A model generated the notes under the pieces. That model was not told the DNA's origin, did no database searches, and was given only the letters and a program-made list of their open reading frames with translations. From Leucoraja erinacea (lineage: Eukaryota): DNA of 64,000 nucleotides. The translations under genes and the position numbers were made by a program. The stretch lies in NCBI RefSeq assembly GCF_028641065.1, contig NW_026576392.1, positions 1-64,000 of the forward strand, written 5' to 3'. This document shows, in pieces, positions 25,537-38,525 of this stretch. How positions within the stretch are numbered: position 1 is the stretch's first letter; every line of letters begins with the position of its first letter.

Positions 25537-26165
25537 CATAGAAACATATAAATTATGTGCAGGAGTAGGCCATTCGGCCCTTCGAGCCTGCACCGCCATT
25601 TAATATGATCATGGCTGATCATCCAACTCAGTATCCCGTACCTGCCTTCACTCCATACCCTCTGATCCCCCCGGCCACAAGGGCCACATCTAACTCCCCC
25701 TTAAATATAGCCAATGAACTGGCCTCAACTACCCTCTGTGGCAGAGAGTTCCAGAGATTCACCACTCTCTGTGTGAAAAAAGTTCTCCTCATTTCGGTTT
25801 TAAAGGATTTCCCCCTTATCCTTAAGCTGTGACCCCTTGTCCTGGACTTCCCCAACATCGGGAACAATCTTCCTGCATCTAGCCTGTCCCACCCCTTAAG
25901 AATTTTGTAAGTTTCTATAAGATCCCCTCTCAATCCCCTAAATTCTAGAGAGTATAAACCAAGTCTATCCAGTCTTTCTTCATAAGACAGTCCTGACATC
26001 CCAGGAATCAGTCTGGTGAACCTTCTCTGCACTCCCACTATGGCAATAATGTCCTTCCTCTGATTTGGAGACCAAAACTGCAGGTGTGGTCTCACCAAGA
26101 CCCTGTACAGCTGCAGTAGAACCTCCCTGCTCCTATAGTCAAATCCCCTTGCTATGAAAGCCAAA
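25537..26165 (-). mobile_element. 5'-truncated CR1-like LINE 3' end with TTAA target duplication
   Basis: ORF2 C-terminus (SYEERLDRLGLYSLE..RGDLIETYKIL..TRGH..FFTQRVVNLWNSLP), short-repeat tail; paralogous units show the empty site tcttaaaatg. Confidence 0.9.
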
Positions 26166-27491
26166 TTAAAATGTTCGAATGTTAGTGATCTGCCTGAACT
26201 CAGTTGCGAAAATAAGTGATCGGCAGAATAACCTTGTATTTAATTGTTATAGAGGGAATGTATCGTCATCGAAGTGTACAAAGGCGTTTATCCCGGTTAG
26301 TTGGTCAATCGGGTAAGTACACTGCAAGCTTATTTCCCAAATACTCCGACTAATCACAGATCTACAGAGTCGAACTTGGGGGCACTGCTACTGTTGAACC
26401 TACGGTATATTTTATCTGAATACAGTAATCAGGGAGGCAAACCTTGGGGTGAAACACGTCGGGTGAATATCGGTAACAATAATGTTCAAAGAGAATGATA
26501 AAGATAGGCTTCAAGTCGCCAAAAACGTCCACACCGGCGCTCGCTCTTCAAAATAACAGTGACAAGAATGTCTCAATTAATTCAATGAATTATCTTACAA
26601 CATACATACAACTAATGCCACTGATAATAATATTGTAGCAATCGAGCTTTCTCAGGGGATGAAAGGAGATAAGGGTCAAGGCACGAGTAGGGGCGATATG
26701 TGGGCAATTGCTTTGTAAAATGGCACAGAGGAGATGTTGAGAGAAAGCATTGAATCCGAGATGGAGATGAAGGTTTGAACGCCAAGACGCTCCTCTACTT
26801 TAACAACCATATGTCACATTTCAAACTGCTGCAAATTATTCTGTAGGTTGTTCATCTCCAGTTTCAATGATGAGATCCATCCCTCGCTTCATCAAACATT
26901 TACCAGATCACAGTTTATTCAAGGAGGAGAAGGCTGAGAAACGTCACCCATCTTCTTTCCGGATATTCCTCCTGTCCCACCTGCATTTTGTGTCTATCTT
27001 CGGCAGGGGACTGCAAGATTTAACTCCATAAATTAGAATACAGGCCGGTGCACATCGACCCCATTGTGGACATTGGGATTTGATTCTGGAATTGATGCGC
27101 TACAATGAGGAAAACTTTATTCTGCACTCTGTATCTTCCACTTTGCTCTATCTATTGCACTTCGGTTTGAATGGGTTGTATTTATGGATCGTTATCTGGT
27201 CTGCCAGCTAGTAAGCAAAGCATAGTATATCACTGTATCTCTGGCCATTTTAAATCTAAACCCAATCCATTTGTTTTCCGGACACCAGACATGGCGATTC
27301 TGTTCACACAGATGCCGCCCTCAGCACGGAGCACAGAAAGGGAGTCGGTGGGTTTCAGCTGCGCCGATGACACCGCAAGCCGCTCTCGAAAGAAACTGAG
27401 TGAGTTGGGAAGAATTCTCAGGCGGCGGGAAACCACAACCAGCAAGCGCGGTGCAGACGTATCTCACTGCAGCAGGCATTGCTGAAGCTGA

Positions 27492-27530
27492 TGTTTTTGT
27501 ATGAAGGTTTCACTGGTTTCCATCACTGTG
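27492..27530 (-). other. 23-RSS of A8
   Basis: CACAGTG + 23 nt + ACAAAAACA. Confidence 0.95.
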
Positions 27531-28463
27531 CGGCCAAAGGCGCAGTAATAAACAGCAGAGTCGCTCAGTTCCAGCCCCGATAGGGTTAAACTGAATAATT
27601 TTCTATCGATCTGGAGCTGGACAGAGAACCGATCGCCTGCAAAATCGGCTTTCTTCTCGGTTCCTCCTGAATATTTATACAGTATGAACTCGGGCCTTGA
27701 GTCCTGATGATGCCGGTACCAAAATAAGTCGTAGCCCGTTGCTGCGGTGTCATAGGTGCAGCTGAAAGTCATCGACTCTCCTTCCACTTTCTGTGCTGAC
27801 GGTAGCGATTGTGTGACGGTATCTCCATGATTCGGATCTGAAAAAATATATGGATAAAGTTTAGGTTTGTCATGCGTCCACCGAAATACGCGGAAGACCT
27901 TTGTATTACATGTCACCCAAACACATCAACTGATAATATACTTAAATACAATCAAATCAAACGCACGTTCAATAGATAGACAAAGGGAAGACAGAGAGTG
28001 CAGAATAAAATCATTATTATTGTAGCGAATCAGTTCCAGAGGCAAAGGCCAATGTCGACACTCGGGTAGATATGCATCGCATAGTTCCCTTGCATATCGA
28101 GGTGAATCGAACATTGCCGCGGCTGAGAGGTAGGAAGGAACTGCAGATGCTGACTTAAACCGAAGTTAGACACAAAAAGCTAGAGTAACTCAGCGGGTCT
28201 GCCAGCCTCTCTTGACAAAAGGAATGGGTGACCCGAAGAGGGGTCTCGACACGAAACATTACCTATACCAATACATTTTCTACATGGCATATGGATGGCG
28301 ATTAGATAGTACCCGGCTTTCCATTTACATATAGGGAAAGATTAGACCGGTTCGCATTCACAATGATGGCCGACGTTCCGTCGGAGTAAGTAGCCGGAAA
28401 AACTATTGCGACTTTACCTATCAGGCATGCTCCCCACACAATCCAAATGGCAAATACGCGCAT
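27531..28463 (-). CDS. TCR alpha/delta V gene, family A (A8), intact; leader 28463-28418, V exon 27837-27531
   Basis: Leader, splice sites, V domain ending DSAVYYCAFG. Confidence 0.93.
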
Positions 28464-30059
28464 TTTTCCTGTGAAAGGCTCTTTGTGAACTTGCCTCCTC
28501 CACCTGGTGCTGTGCGGCTTTCGGATGTTCTCGCCTCTCCTGCTGGTGCTGGTGGCGCTGGGGTAACGGTGGGCGGGAAGCGGCTTACTTCCGCCGACCT
28601 CAACATCCTCCCCAGTTGTGACTCGGTCAGCGTTCTTTCAGGTTAGGCATGTAGCGACTGGGTGGGGGAAGGAAACATCTTCATCGCTGTAACAGGGGAA
28701 ACTCGGCTCGGTTTTTGTGAGGAACTCTAAGGTATCATAATGTACAGGAACTATGAGGAGCGGGTCAATGCGGGATTTATAGCTTACGTTGATTGCCTGG
28801 CGAAATGTACTTTCTGTTTAAATTTAATTTCGAGTTAGAAATGACCCCCCATTCCCACAGCGAACCGCAATGAACGGATTCGATGCGAGATAGATGCAAG
28901 TTAGGATGCGAGGCCACCTTTAGAGTATTGCGTTCCGTTTTGGGCACGTGTCATATGAAAGATGTTGTCCAGCAGGGAAGGGTGCAGAGAAAACGTGCGA
29001 TGATGTTGCCAGCACCCAATGGACTGAGTTTGATTCGTGTAGTTCAGAGATACAGCGCGGAAACTGGCCTTTCGGCCCACTGTGTCCGCACGTACCAGTG
29101 ATCCGCGCAAATCAACAATACCGTACACACACTAGGGACAATTTTACATTGATCAAGTCAAGTCAAGTCAATTTTATTTCTATAGCACATTTAAAACAAC
29201 TCTCGTTGTGCAAAGTGCTTTACATTAGTGCAGGTACTAAACGTGCTACAAACTGTTGTACAGAGATCAACAATACATACATAAGTGCATACATGCAGCG
29301 CTCCCTCAGGGGACCTCAAGAAAGGCTTGAGAGTAGAAATAAGTTATCAGTCTAGACTTAAAAGAGTTGATGGAGGGGGCTGTTCTGGTGGGAAGAGGGA
29401 TGCTGTTCCATTGTGTTGGTATTTATAACAAGCCACTTAACCTACAAACATGTACGTCTTTGGATTGTGGGCGAAAACCCAAGATCTCGGAGAAAGCCCT
29501 CGCAAGTCACGGCGAGAGCGTGCAAACTGTACATACAAGCACCCGTAGTCTAGATACCCGTGTCTCTGGAGCAGTAAGGAAGTAGCTATACCGTTACGTC
29601 ACCGTGCCGCCCTGCCACCGAGCTACATGGCGAGGATGAGGTGGCTAGGACTATTCCATGATGCGCAGGAGGGGTGAAGGGTGTCCAAAATCGTGAGAGG
29701 CGTAGATCTGGTAAACGCACAGAGTCACTTGCCCCGTATAGGGAAATAGAGAACCAGTGGAAACAGTTTGATTGTGTGTGTCTGTGTCTGTGTGTGTGGT
29801 GGGGCATTAATATGAACCATTGTCTGTACACAGTTTGTACGCCCTTCCCGCGCCTAGCGTGGGTTTTCTCCGAGATCTTGGGTTTCCGCCCACACTCCAA
29901 AGGCGTCCATGTTTGTAGGTAATGTAGGTAAATTGGCTTGCTATCAATGTCAAATTGTCCCTAGTGTGTGTAGGGTATTGTTGGTGTACGGGGATCAATG
30001 GTAGGTGCGGACTCGGCGGGTCGAAGGACCCGTTTCCGGCCTCTATCTCTGAACTACAT

Positions 30060-30548
30060 AGAATAGAATAGAATAGAATAGAATAGAATAGAATAGAATA
30101 GTTTCTTTATTGTCATTGTAACATGGACCATGTACAACGAAATTTAAAATGTCAGCCAGTCAGTGCAGCATTCAAACATTTCTAAAAGCTAACGATACAT
30201 ACACGGTAAAATAATAAAGATAAACAACTAAATAAATATCACGAACACAGCACGCATGCACACCCAACCCTCCATCCTTCTGTCGATTCCACAGTTACCA
30301 CAGTCCCTTAGTCTGTATCGCCCCTGCGTTCCTTGGCGGCTACATTTAGTGCCTTTATAGCAGTGGGGTAAAAACTGTTTTTGAGTCTGTTTGTCCTTGT
30401 CCTTGTAGATCTGTACCGTCTGCCTGGCGGCAACAGTTCAAACAGGGAGTGTCCGGGGTGGGAAATGTCCTTTATGATATTCTGGGTTTTTTTGGTGCAG
30501 CGGGAACTGTGTAAGTCCTCCAAGGTAAGGAGAGGGCAGCCGACAATC
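30060..30548 (-). mobile_element. Rex1/Babar-like non-LTR retrotransposon 3' fragment with (TTCTA)n tail
   Basis: Peptide SHPGHSLFELLPPGRRYRSTRTRTNRLKNSFYP; absent at the same site in other units. Confidence 0.75.
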
Positions 30549-31119
30549 AAACAAAACTCAGTCATTTGGGTGCTGGCAACATCATCCCAAGCATTCTCTG
30601 CTCCCTTTCCTGCCTGACGACATGTTTCATATGATAAGTGCCCAAAACGGAACGCAATACTCTAAAGGTGGCCTCGCATCCTAACTTGCATCTATCTCGC
30701 ATTGAATCCGTTCCTTGCGGTTCGATGTGGGAATGGGGATAATTTCTAACTCGGAGATAAATTTAAACAGAAAGTACATTTCGCCAGGCCATCAACGTGA
30801 CCGATAATTCCCGCATTGACCCGCTCCTCATAGTTGCTTTACATTATGATACCTTAGAGTTCCTCACAGAAGCAGATGCGAGTTTCCCCTGTTACAGCGT
30901 TGAAGACGATTCCTCCCCTAACCCAGTCACTACATGCCTAACCTGAAAGAACGCGGACCGAGTCCCAACTGGGGAGGAAGTTGAGGTAGGCGGAAGTCAC
31001 TCACTTCCCGCCCACCGTCACCACTGCGCCACCAGCACCAAAAGTAGAGGCGAGAACATCCGAAAGCTGCACAGCACCAGGTCGAGGAGGGAAGTTCACA
31101 AAGGGTTTTTCACAGTGAA

Positions 31120-31689
31120 ATGCCATTTGCCATTTGCATTGTGCGGGGAGCATGCCTGATAGGTGAAGTCGCAACAGTTAATCCGGCTACTTACTCCGAC
31201 TGAATGTCGACCATTATTGTGAATGCGAACCGGTCTAATCTTCCCCTACATGTAAATGGAAAGCCGGGTATTATCTAATCGCCATCATATGCCATGGAGA
31301 AAATGAATTGGTATAGGTAATGTTTCGTGTCGAGACCCTTCTTCAGGTCACCTATTCCTTTTATTCTGCACTCGCTATCTTCCCTTTATCTATCTATTGA
31401 ACGTGCGTTTGATTTGATTGTATTTAAGTATATTATCAGTTGATCTGTTTGGGTGACATGTAATACAAAGGTCTTCCGCGTATTTCGGGGCACGTATGAC
31501 AAACCTGAACCTAATCCATACATTTTTTCAGATCCCAATCATTGAGATACCGTCACACAATCGCTACCGTCAGCACAGAAGGTGGAAGGAGAGTCGATGA
31601 TTTTCAGCTGCACTTGTGATACCGCAGCAACGTACTACGTCTTATTTTGGTACCGGCATCATCAGGACTCAAGGCCCGAATTCATACTG
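31120..31689 (+). pseudogene. TCR V pseudogene, family A (A9); leader 31120-31162, V exon from 31532
   Basis: GGA>TGA stop at the start of exon 2 (CAT TGA GAT); about 400 bp deleted after EFIL, removing the 3' half of V and the RSS. Confidence 0.92.
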
Positions 31690-34040
31690 GAAAACACATG
31701 GACTGGGTTTAGATTTATAATGGTCAGTGATATAGTGATGAACTATGCTTTGCATTCCATATCTTATACGTTGTCTGTCAGACGCCGCTGAGATCCTCCA
31801 ACACATAATTTTAGATTTGCTGCACATTCCAGCATCTCTAGTCATACGTGACTTGTTTTCAAGAATGGACTGGAAGGCTGTTCTGGTAGAATGGGTCAGA
31901 TATACAGAATAAACGCTTAGCACGAACCTAATTACTGCATCAGGGATCGAAATAAGCACGATGAAAATAATCTATATTTCAAATAAAGCCACATTGCTAA
32001 ATAAAATTGCTTCGTTAAAGTGGATATCTTTCTGGATAATGTTGGCGTGTCTGAAAATGTTCAAATGTTATTGATCTGCTTGGACTCAGCTGCGAAAATA
32101 AGTGATCGGCAGAATAACCTTGTATTTAATTGTTATAGAGGGAATGGATGGTCATCGAAGTGTACACAGGCGTGTATCCCGGTTAGTTGGTCAATCGGGT
32201 AACTACACTGCAAGCTTCTTTCCCAAATAATCCGACTAATAACAGATCTACAGAGTCGAACTTGGGGGGCACTGCTACTGTTTGACCTATGGTATATTTT
32301 ATCTGAATACAGTAATCAGTGAGGCAAACCTTGGGGTGAAACACGTCGGGTGAATATCGGTAACAATAATGATCTAAGAGAATGCTAAAGATAGGCTTCA
32401 AGTCGCCAAAGATTTCCACACCGGCGCTCGCTCTTCAAAATAACAGTGACAAGAATGTCTCAATTAATTCAATGAATTGTCTTACAACATGCATACAACT
32501 AATGCCACTGATAATAATATTGTAGCAATCGAGCTTTGTCAGGGGCTGAAAGGGGATAAGGGTCAAGGCACGAGTAGGGGCGATATGTGGGCAAGGCCTT
32601 TGTAAAATGGCACAGAGGAGATGTTAAGAGAAAGGCATGAAATCCGAAATTGAGATGAAGGTTTGAACGCCAAGACGCTCCTCTACTTTAACAACCATAT
32701 GTCACACTTCAAACTGTTGCAAATTATTTCATTGGTTGTTCATCTCCAGTTTCAATGATGATATCCACCCCTCGCTTCATCAAACATTTACCAGATCACA
32801 GTTTATTCAAGGAGAAGGTCATTTTGTTATTTTGTAGCGTGTGGAAATCTTTCTTGACTTGGTGCCTATCTTTATTATTCTCCGCGAAAATGCGTTGTGT
32901 TCATTTACCAGCATTCACGGTGCGCTCCCAAACCGCAAAACATTCGCGTGAATTATTTATCCTGCCCACCATTCCAATCCAACCCAACCAAACTAAATTC
33001 CGGGCGGCCACGGTGGCGCAGCAGTAGAGTTGCTGCCTTGCAGCACTTGCAGCGCCGGAGACACGGGATCGATCCCGTCTACGGGTGCTGTCTGTACGGA
33101 GTTTGTAGGTTCTCGCCGTGACCTCGCGGGTCTTCGCCGAGATGCTGCTGACTCGATGTACTGCTCTCAGCTGCAATGAGCTACATTGCGTTCCCCAATC
33201 GAGGCGAATATCGCCAATGTAGGGAACACACAGATGAAGAAGATGATGTTGATCGGCGTCGCCAATAAGCGATACATTTTCAATTTCGTTATCATTCATA
33301 ATCGCACTAATGTTTCTGTTTGAATGCCAAGTTGTTGCCTCCCTCCCCACCCCCCCCCCCCCCTCCCCCCCCAGCTAACAATGATATTAGACATTTCCTG
33401 GACCAGCGTCCGTTTTAATCTCTCGTTATCACAATTACCGTTCCATATCTCTAGTCTCGCTCTCCCCTGAATCTCAGTCACGAACCCAAACGTCACCCAT
33501 CGTCTCTCCGGAAATGCCTCCTGTCCCACCAGCATTTTGTGTCTATCTTCGGCATGGTACTACAGGATTTAACTCCGTAAAGTAGAGCACAGGCCGGTGC
33601 ACATCGACCCCATTGTGGACATTGGGATTTGATTCTGGAATTGATGCGCTACAATGTGGAGAACTTTATTCTGCACTCTGTATCTTTCCCTTTGCTCTAT
33701 CTATTGCACTTCGGTTTGAATGGGTTGTATTTATGGATCGTTATCTGGTCTGCCAGCTAGTATGTAAAGCACAGTTCATCACTATATCTCTGACCATTAT
33801 AAATCTAAACCCAATCCATGTGTTTTCCAGACACCAGACATGGCGATTCTGTTCACACAGATGCCGCCCTCAGCACGGAGCACAGAAAGGGAGTCGGTGG
33901 GTTTCAGCTGCGCCGATGACACCGCAAGCCGCCCTCGAGAGAAACTGAGTGAGTTGAGAAGAATTCTCAGGCGGCTGGAAACCACAACCAGCAAGCGCGG
34001 TGCAGGCGTATCTCACTGCAGCAGGCAAAGCAGAAGCTGA

Positions 34041-34079
34041 TGTTTTTGTATGAAGGTTTCACTGGTTTCCATCACTGTG
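34041..34079 (-). other. 23-RSS of A10
   Basis: CACAGTG + 23 nt + ACAAAAACA. Confidence 0.95.
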
Positions 34080-35014
34080 CGGCTAAAGGCGCAGTAATAA
34101 ACAGCAGAGTCGCTCAGCTCCAGGCCCGATAGGGATAAACTGACTAATTTTCTATCGGTCTGGAGCTGGGCAGCGAAGCGATCGCCTGCAAAATCGGCTT
34201 TCTCCTCGCTTCCACTTGAATATTTATTCAGTATGAACTCGGGCTTTGAGTCCTGGTGATGCCGGTACCAAAATAAGACGTAGCTCGTTTCTGCGGTGTC
34301 ATAGGTGCAGCTGAAAGTCACCGACTCTCCTTCCACCTTCTGTGCTGACGGTAGCGATTGTGTGACGGTATCTCCATGATTGGGATCTGAAATAAATATA
34401 TGGATTAGGTTTAGGTTTGTCATGCGTGCATCGAAATACGCGGAAGACCTTTGTATTACATGTCACCCAAACACATCAACTGATAATATACTTAAATACA
34501 ATCAAATCAAACCCACGTTCAATAGATAGACGAAGGGAAGACAGAGAGTGCACAATAAAATAATTGTTATTGTAGCGAATCAGTTCCAGAGACAAAGGCC
34601 AATGTCGACACTGGGGTGGATATGTATCGCATAGTTCCCATGCATATCGAGGTGAATCGAACATTGCCGCGGCTTATACGTAGGAAGGAACTGCAGATGC
34701 TGAATTAAACCGGAGTTAGACACAAAAAGCTGGTGTAACTCAGCGGATCTGCCAGCCTCTCTTGGCAAAAGGAATAGGTGACCTGAAGAAGGGTCTCGAC
34801 CCGTAACATTACCTATACCAATTCATTTTCTCCCAGGCATATGGATGGCGATTAGATAGTACCCGGCTTTCCATTTACATCTAGGGAAATATTAGACCGG
34901 TTTCGCATTCACAATGATGGTCGACCTTTCATCGGAGTAAGTAGCCGGATTAACTGTTGCGACTTTACCTATCAGGCATGCTCCCCACACAATCCAAATG
35001 GCAAGTACGCGCAT
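34080..35014 (-). CDS. TCR alpha/delta V gene, family A (A10), intact; leader 35014-34969, V exon 34386-34080
   Basis: Leader, splice sites, V domain ending DSAVYYCAFS. Confidence 0.93.
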
Positions 35015-36289
35015 TTTCCCTGTGAAAAACCCTTTGTGAAATTCTCTCCTCGATCTGGTGCTGTGCGGCTTTCGGATGTTCTCGCCTCTCCTGCTGGTGC
35101 TGGTGGCGCTGTGGTAAAGGTGGGCGGGAAGCGGCAGACTTCCGCCTACCTCAACTTCCTCCCCAGTTGGGACTCGGTAAGCGTTCTTTCAGGTTAGGCA
35201 TGTAGTGACTGGGTGGGGGAAGGAAACGTCTTCATCGCTGTAACAGGGGAAACTCGGCTCGGCTTTTGTGAGGAACTCTAAGGTATCATAATGTAAAGGA
35301 ACTATGAGGAGCGGGTCAATGCGGGATATATAGGTTACGTTGATTGCCTGGTGAAATGTACTTTCTGTTTAAATTTTATTCCGAGTTAGAAATGACCCCC
35401 ATTCCCACATCGAACCGTAAGGAACGGATTCGATGCGAGATAGATGCAAGTTAGGATGCGAGGCCACCTTTAGAGTATTGCGTTACTTTTGCGCACTTGT
35501 CATATGAAAGATGTTGTCCAGCAGGGAAGGGTGCAGAGAAAACGTGCGATGATGTTACCAGCACCCAATGGACTGTGTTTGATTCGTGTAGTTCAGAGAT
35601 ACAGCGCGGAAACTGGCCCTTCGGCCCACTGAGCCCGCACCTACCAGTGACCCCCGCACATCAACAATACCCTACACACACTAGGGACAGTTTTACATTG
35701 ATCAAGTCAAGTCAAGTCAATTTTATTTCTATAGCATATTTAAAAACGGCTTTCGTTGTGCAAAGTGCTTTACATTAGTGCAGGTACTAAACGTGCTACA
35801 AACAGTTGTACATAGATCAACAATACATACATAAGTACATACATACATACAGCGCTCTCACAGAGGACCTCAAGAAAGGCTTGAGAGTAGAAATACGTTT
35901 TCAGTCTAGGCTTAAAATAGTTGATGGAGGGGGCTGTTCTGATGGGAAGAGGGATGCTGTTCCATTGTGTTGGTATTTATAACAAGCCGCTTAACCTACA
36001 AACATCTACGTCTTTGGATTGTGGGCGAAAACCCAAGATCTCGGAGAAAACCCTCGCAAGTCACGGGGAGAGCGTACATATTGTACATACAAGCACCCGT
36101 AGTCAGGATCCCCGTGTCTCTGGCGCAGTAAGGAAGTAGCTATACCGTTACGTCACCGTGCCGCCGTGCCACTGAGCTACATGATGAGGATGAGGTGGCC
36201 AGGACTATTCCATGATGCGCAGGGGGGTGAAGGGTGTCCAAAATCATGAGAGGAGTAGATCGGGTAAACGCACATATACACCTGCCCCG

Positions 36290-36293
<4 letters not shown>

Positions 36294-36323
<30 letters not shown>

Positions 36324-37151
36324 TTTATTTATATAGCACTTTTCAAGAAAACCAGTATTTGAACCAAAGTGCTTTACAGAGATTGATTAAAATTAATTGA
36401 ACAGATCAATGCAATAAATCCATACAAATCAAAAAAAAGAAAAAAAGAAAAAAGACACAGAAACAGTACACTATAGAAATCAACATGAAACGTCCCCCCA
36501 CAGCAGAATTCACTGTGAGGGAAGGCACTAAAAATACCCAGTTCTCCCCCTCATAGTCCACCCGAGGTTGGGGCCTATATCTGGCCTCCTCAGCCAACCC
36601 GGTGTTTTCAGGTGCTCTTGCCGCGAAGCTGGATCATCGGCGTCGGTGAACATCCATCAGCGGCTTGGACTGAAGCGGCCGCTTCCCCCCCGAAGACTGC
36701 AACGACCAAAGTTCACAGGCCGCGCCGGCCGAACCTCCGACTCTGGCGATCTCGGATCCCAGGCTCCGCGGTGGTGTCGGCGGTCACAGTGCCCCGGAGC
36801 TTACCGCAAGGCGACCCGATAAGGCATCGCCCGCTCCATGTAGGTGTCCCAGCATCTACACCGCCGTCGAATCTGCAGTCCCGGCAGGAAACGCCGCTCC
36901 AGCGCTGCTCCAGTTCGATTGTAGGCCGCACAGAGAGGACGAACATGCGGTTCCGAGAAAAACCGCATCTCCGACCAGGTAGGACTGGGGTTAAAATAGT
37001 TTCCCCCTTCCCTTCCCCCACCCTAAAAGAAGACCTCCAAGAAACATTCTATACGAACAGGACTAAAAATAAAATAAAAAAGGGTGAAAGGACGGAATGC
37101 AGGAGGAGCAGCCGTACACAACGGCGCATCACCCCCGCAGTCCGCCATCTT
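36294..37151 (-). mobile_element. ~860-bp non-coding retroposon with GTATA target-site duplication and (TTA)n tail
   Basis: Interrupts gccccGTATAg.ggaa seen intact in other units; starts AAGATGGCGG, ends aaaagtgctatataaataaac(att)n on minus strand. Confidence 0.8.
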
Positions 37152-37583
37152 GTATAGAGGAATTGAGAACCAGAGGATAATGGTTGATGGTGTGTGTGTG
37201 TGTGTGTGTGTGTGTGTGATGGGGCTTTAATATGAACCATTGTCTGTACACAGTTTGTACGCTCTCGCCGCGCCTTGCGTGGGTTTTCTCCGCGATATTG
37301 GGTGTCCGCCCACACTCCAAAGGCGTCAATGTTTGTAGGTTAATTGGCTTGTTATCAATGTAAAATTGTCCCTAGTGTGTGTAGGGTATTGTTGATGAGC
37401 GCGGATCACTGGTAGGTGCGGACTCGGTGGGCCGAAGGGCCCGTTTCCGCGCTGTATCTCTGAACTACACGAAACAAACTCAGTCCCTTGAGTGCTGGCA
37501 ATACCATCCCAAGTACCGAACATCCGAAAGCCGCAGAGCACCAGGTCGAGGAGACACATTCTCAAGGGGTTTTCTCGGGGGAA

Positions 37584-37738
37584 ATGCGCGTTTTTGCCAT
37601 TTGCATTGTGTGGAGGGCATGCCTGACAGGTAAAGTCTCAACAGTTAATCCAGCTACTTGCTCCGACGGAACGTCGACCATCATTGTGAATGCGAACCGG
37701 TCTAATCTTTCCCTACATGTAAATGGAAAGCCGGGTAC
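37584..37738 (+). pseudogene. Family A orphan leader (A11), leader exon 37584-37629; V exon and RSS deleted
   Basis: MRVFAICIVWRACLT-G/GTAAAG; intron joins directly to distal 3'-flank sequence at ~37750. Confidence 0.85.
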
Positions 37739-38019
37739 GAAATTATTTAATCTCCAGTTTCAATGATGAGATCAACTCCTCGCTTCATCAAACATTTACC
37801 AGATCACAGTTTATTTAAGGAGGAGAAGGCAATTTTGTCATTTTGAAGGGTTTTTATATCGTGTGGAAACCTATTTTTAACTTATTGCCTATCTTTATTA
37901 TTCTCCGCGAAAATGCGTTGTGTTCATTTACCAACATTCACGGTGCTCTCCCAAACCTCAAAGTATTCGCGTGAATTATTTATCCTGCCCACCATTCCAA
38001 CCCAACCAAATTAAATTCC

Positions 38020-38240
38020 GGGCGGCCTCGGTGGCGTAGCAGTAGAGCTGCTGCCTTACAGCACTTGCAGCGCCGGAGACCCGAGTTCGATCCCGACTAC
38101 GGGAGCTGTCTGTACGGAGTTTGTACCTTCTCGCCGTGACCTCGTGGGTTTTTCTCCGAGATCTGTGGCGTACAAGTATGCAGGTTAATTGGCTTGGTGT
38201 AAGTGCAAATTGTCCCCAGTGTGTGTAGGATAGTGTTAAT
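38020..38240 (+). mobile_element. HE1/V-SINE-like tRNA-derived SINE (shorter copies ~5737-5879, 12574-12718, 19536-19675, 33002-33144)
   Basis: A box GGTGGCGTAGCAGTAG, B box GAGTTCGATCCC, followed by tgtacggagtttgtaccttctc..cgtgggttttt V-domain-like sequence. Confidence 0.7.
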
Positions 38241-38494
38241 CAATGGGGCTGACTAATGTGTCAGTTCGGTCTCGCTGCCTGCCCGCTGAGTTACTCCAGA
38301 ATTTTAGTACACCCACCTGCCTGCGTTTTGCCCATATCCTTCTAAACCTGTCCAATGCATGTCCCTGTATCAATGTTTCTTCAACATTACGACACTCGTT
38401 GCCTTAACTGCCTCCTCGGGCAGCTCGTTCCATACGTGTGTGGAAAAGCTTAGCCCTCAGGTTTCTATTATCCCCCCCCCCACCCAACCCCCCC

Positions 38495-38525
<31 letters not shown>

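Larger units (their letters stand above)
1..38240. repeat. Tandem segmental duplication, six ~6.5-7.0-kb units, each with an inverted V pair
   Basis: Minus-strand V exon starts at 140, 7107, 13935, 20895, 27837, 34386; flanks visibly near-identical. Confidence 0.95.

Noticed and set aside
31132-31139. ATTTGCAT octamer
   Set aside because: Lies inside the leader coding sequence of pseudogene A9, created by a TGG>TGC change; not a promoter position
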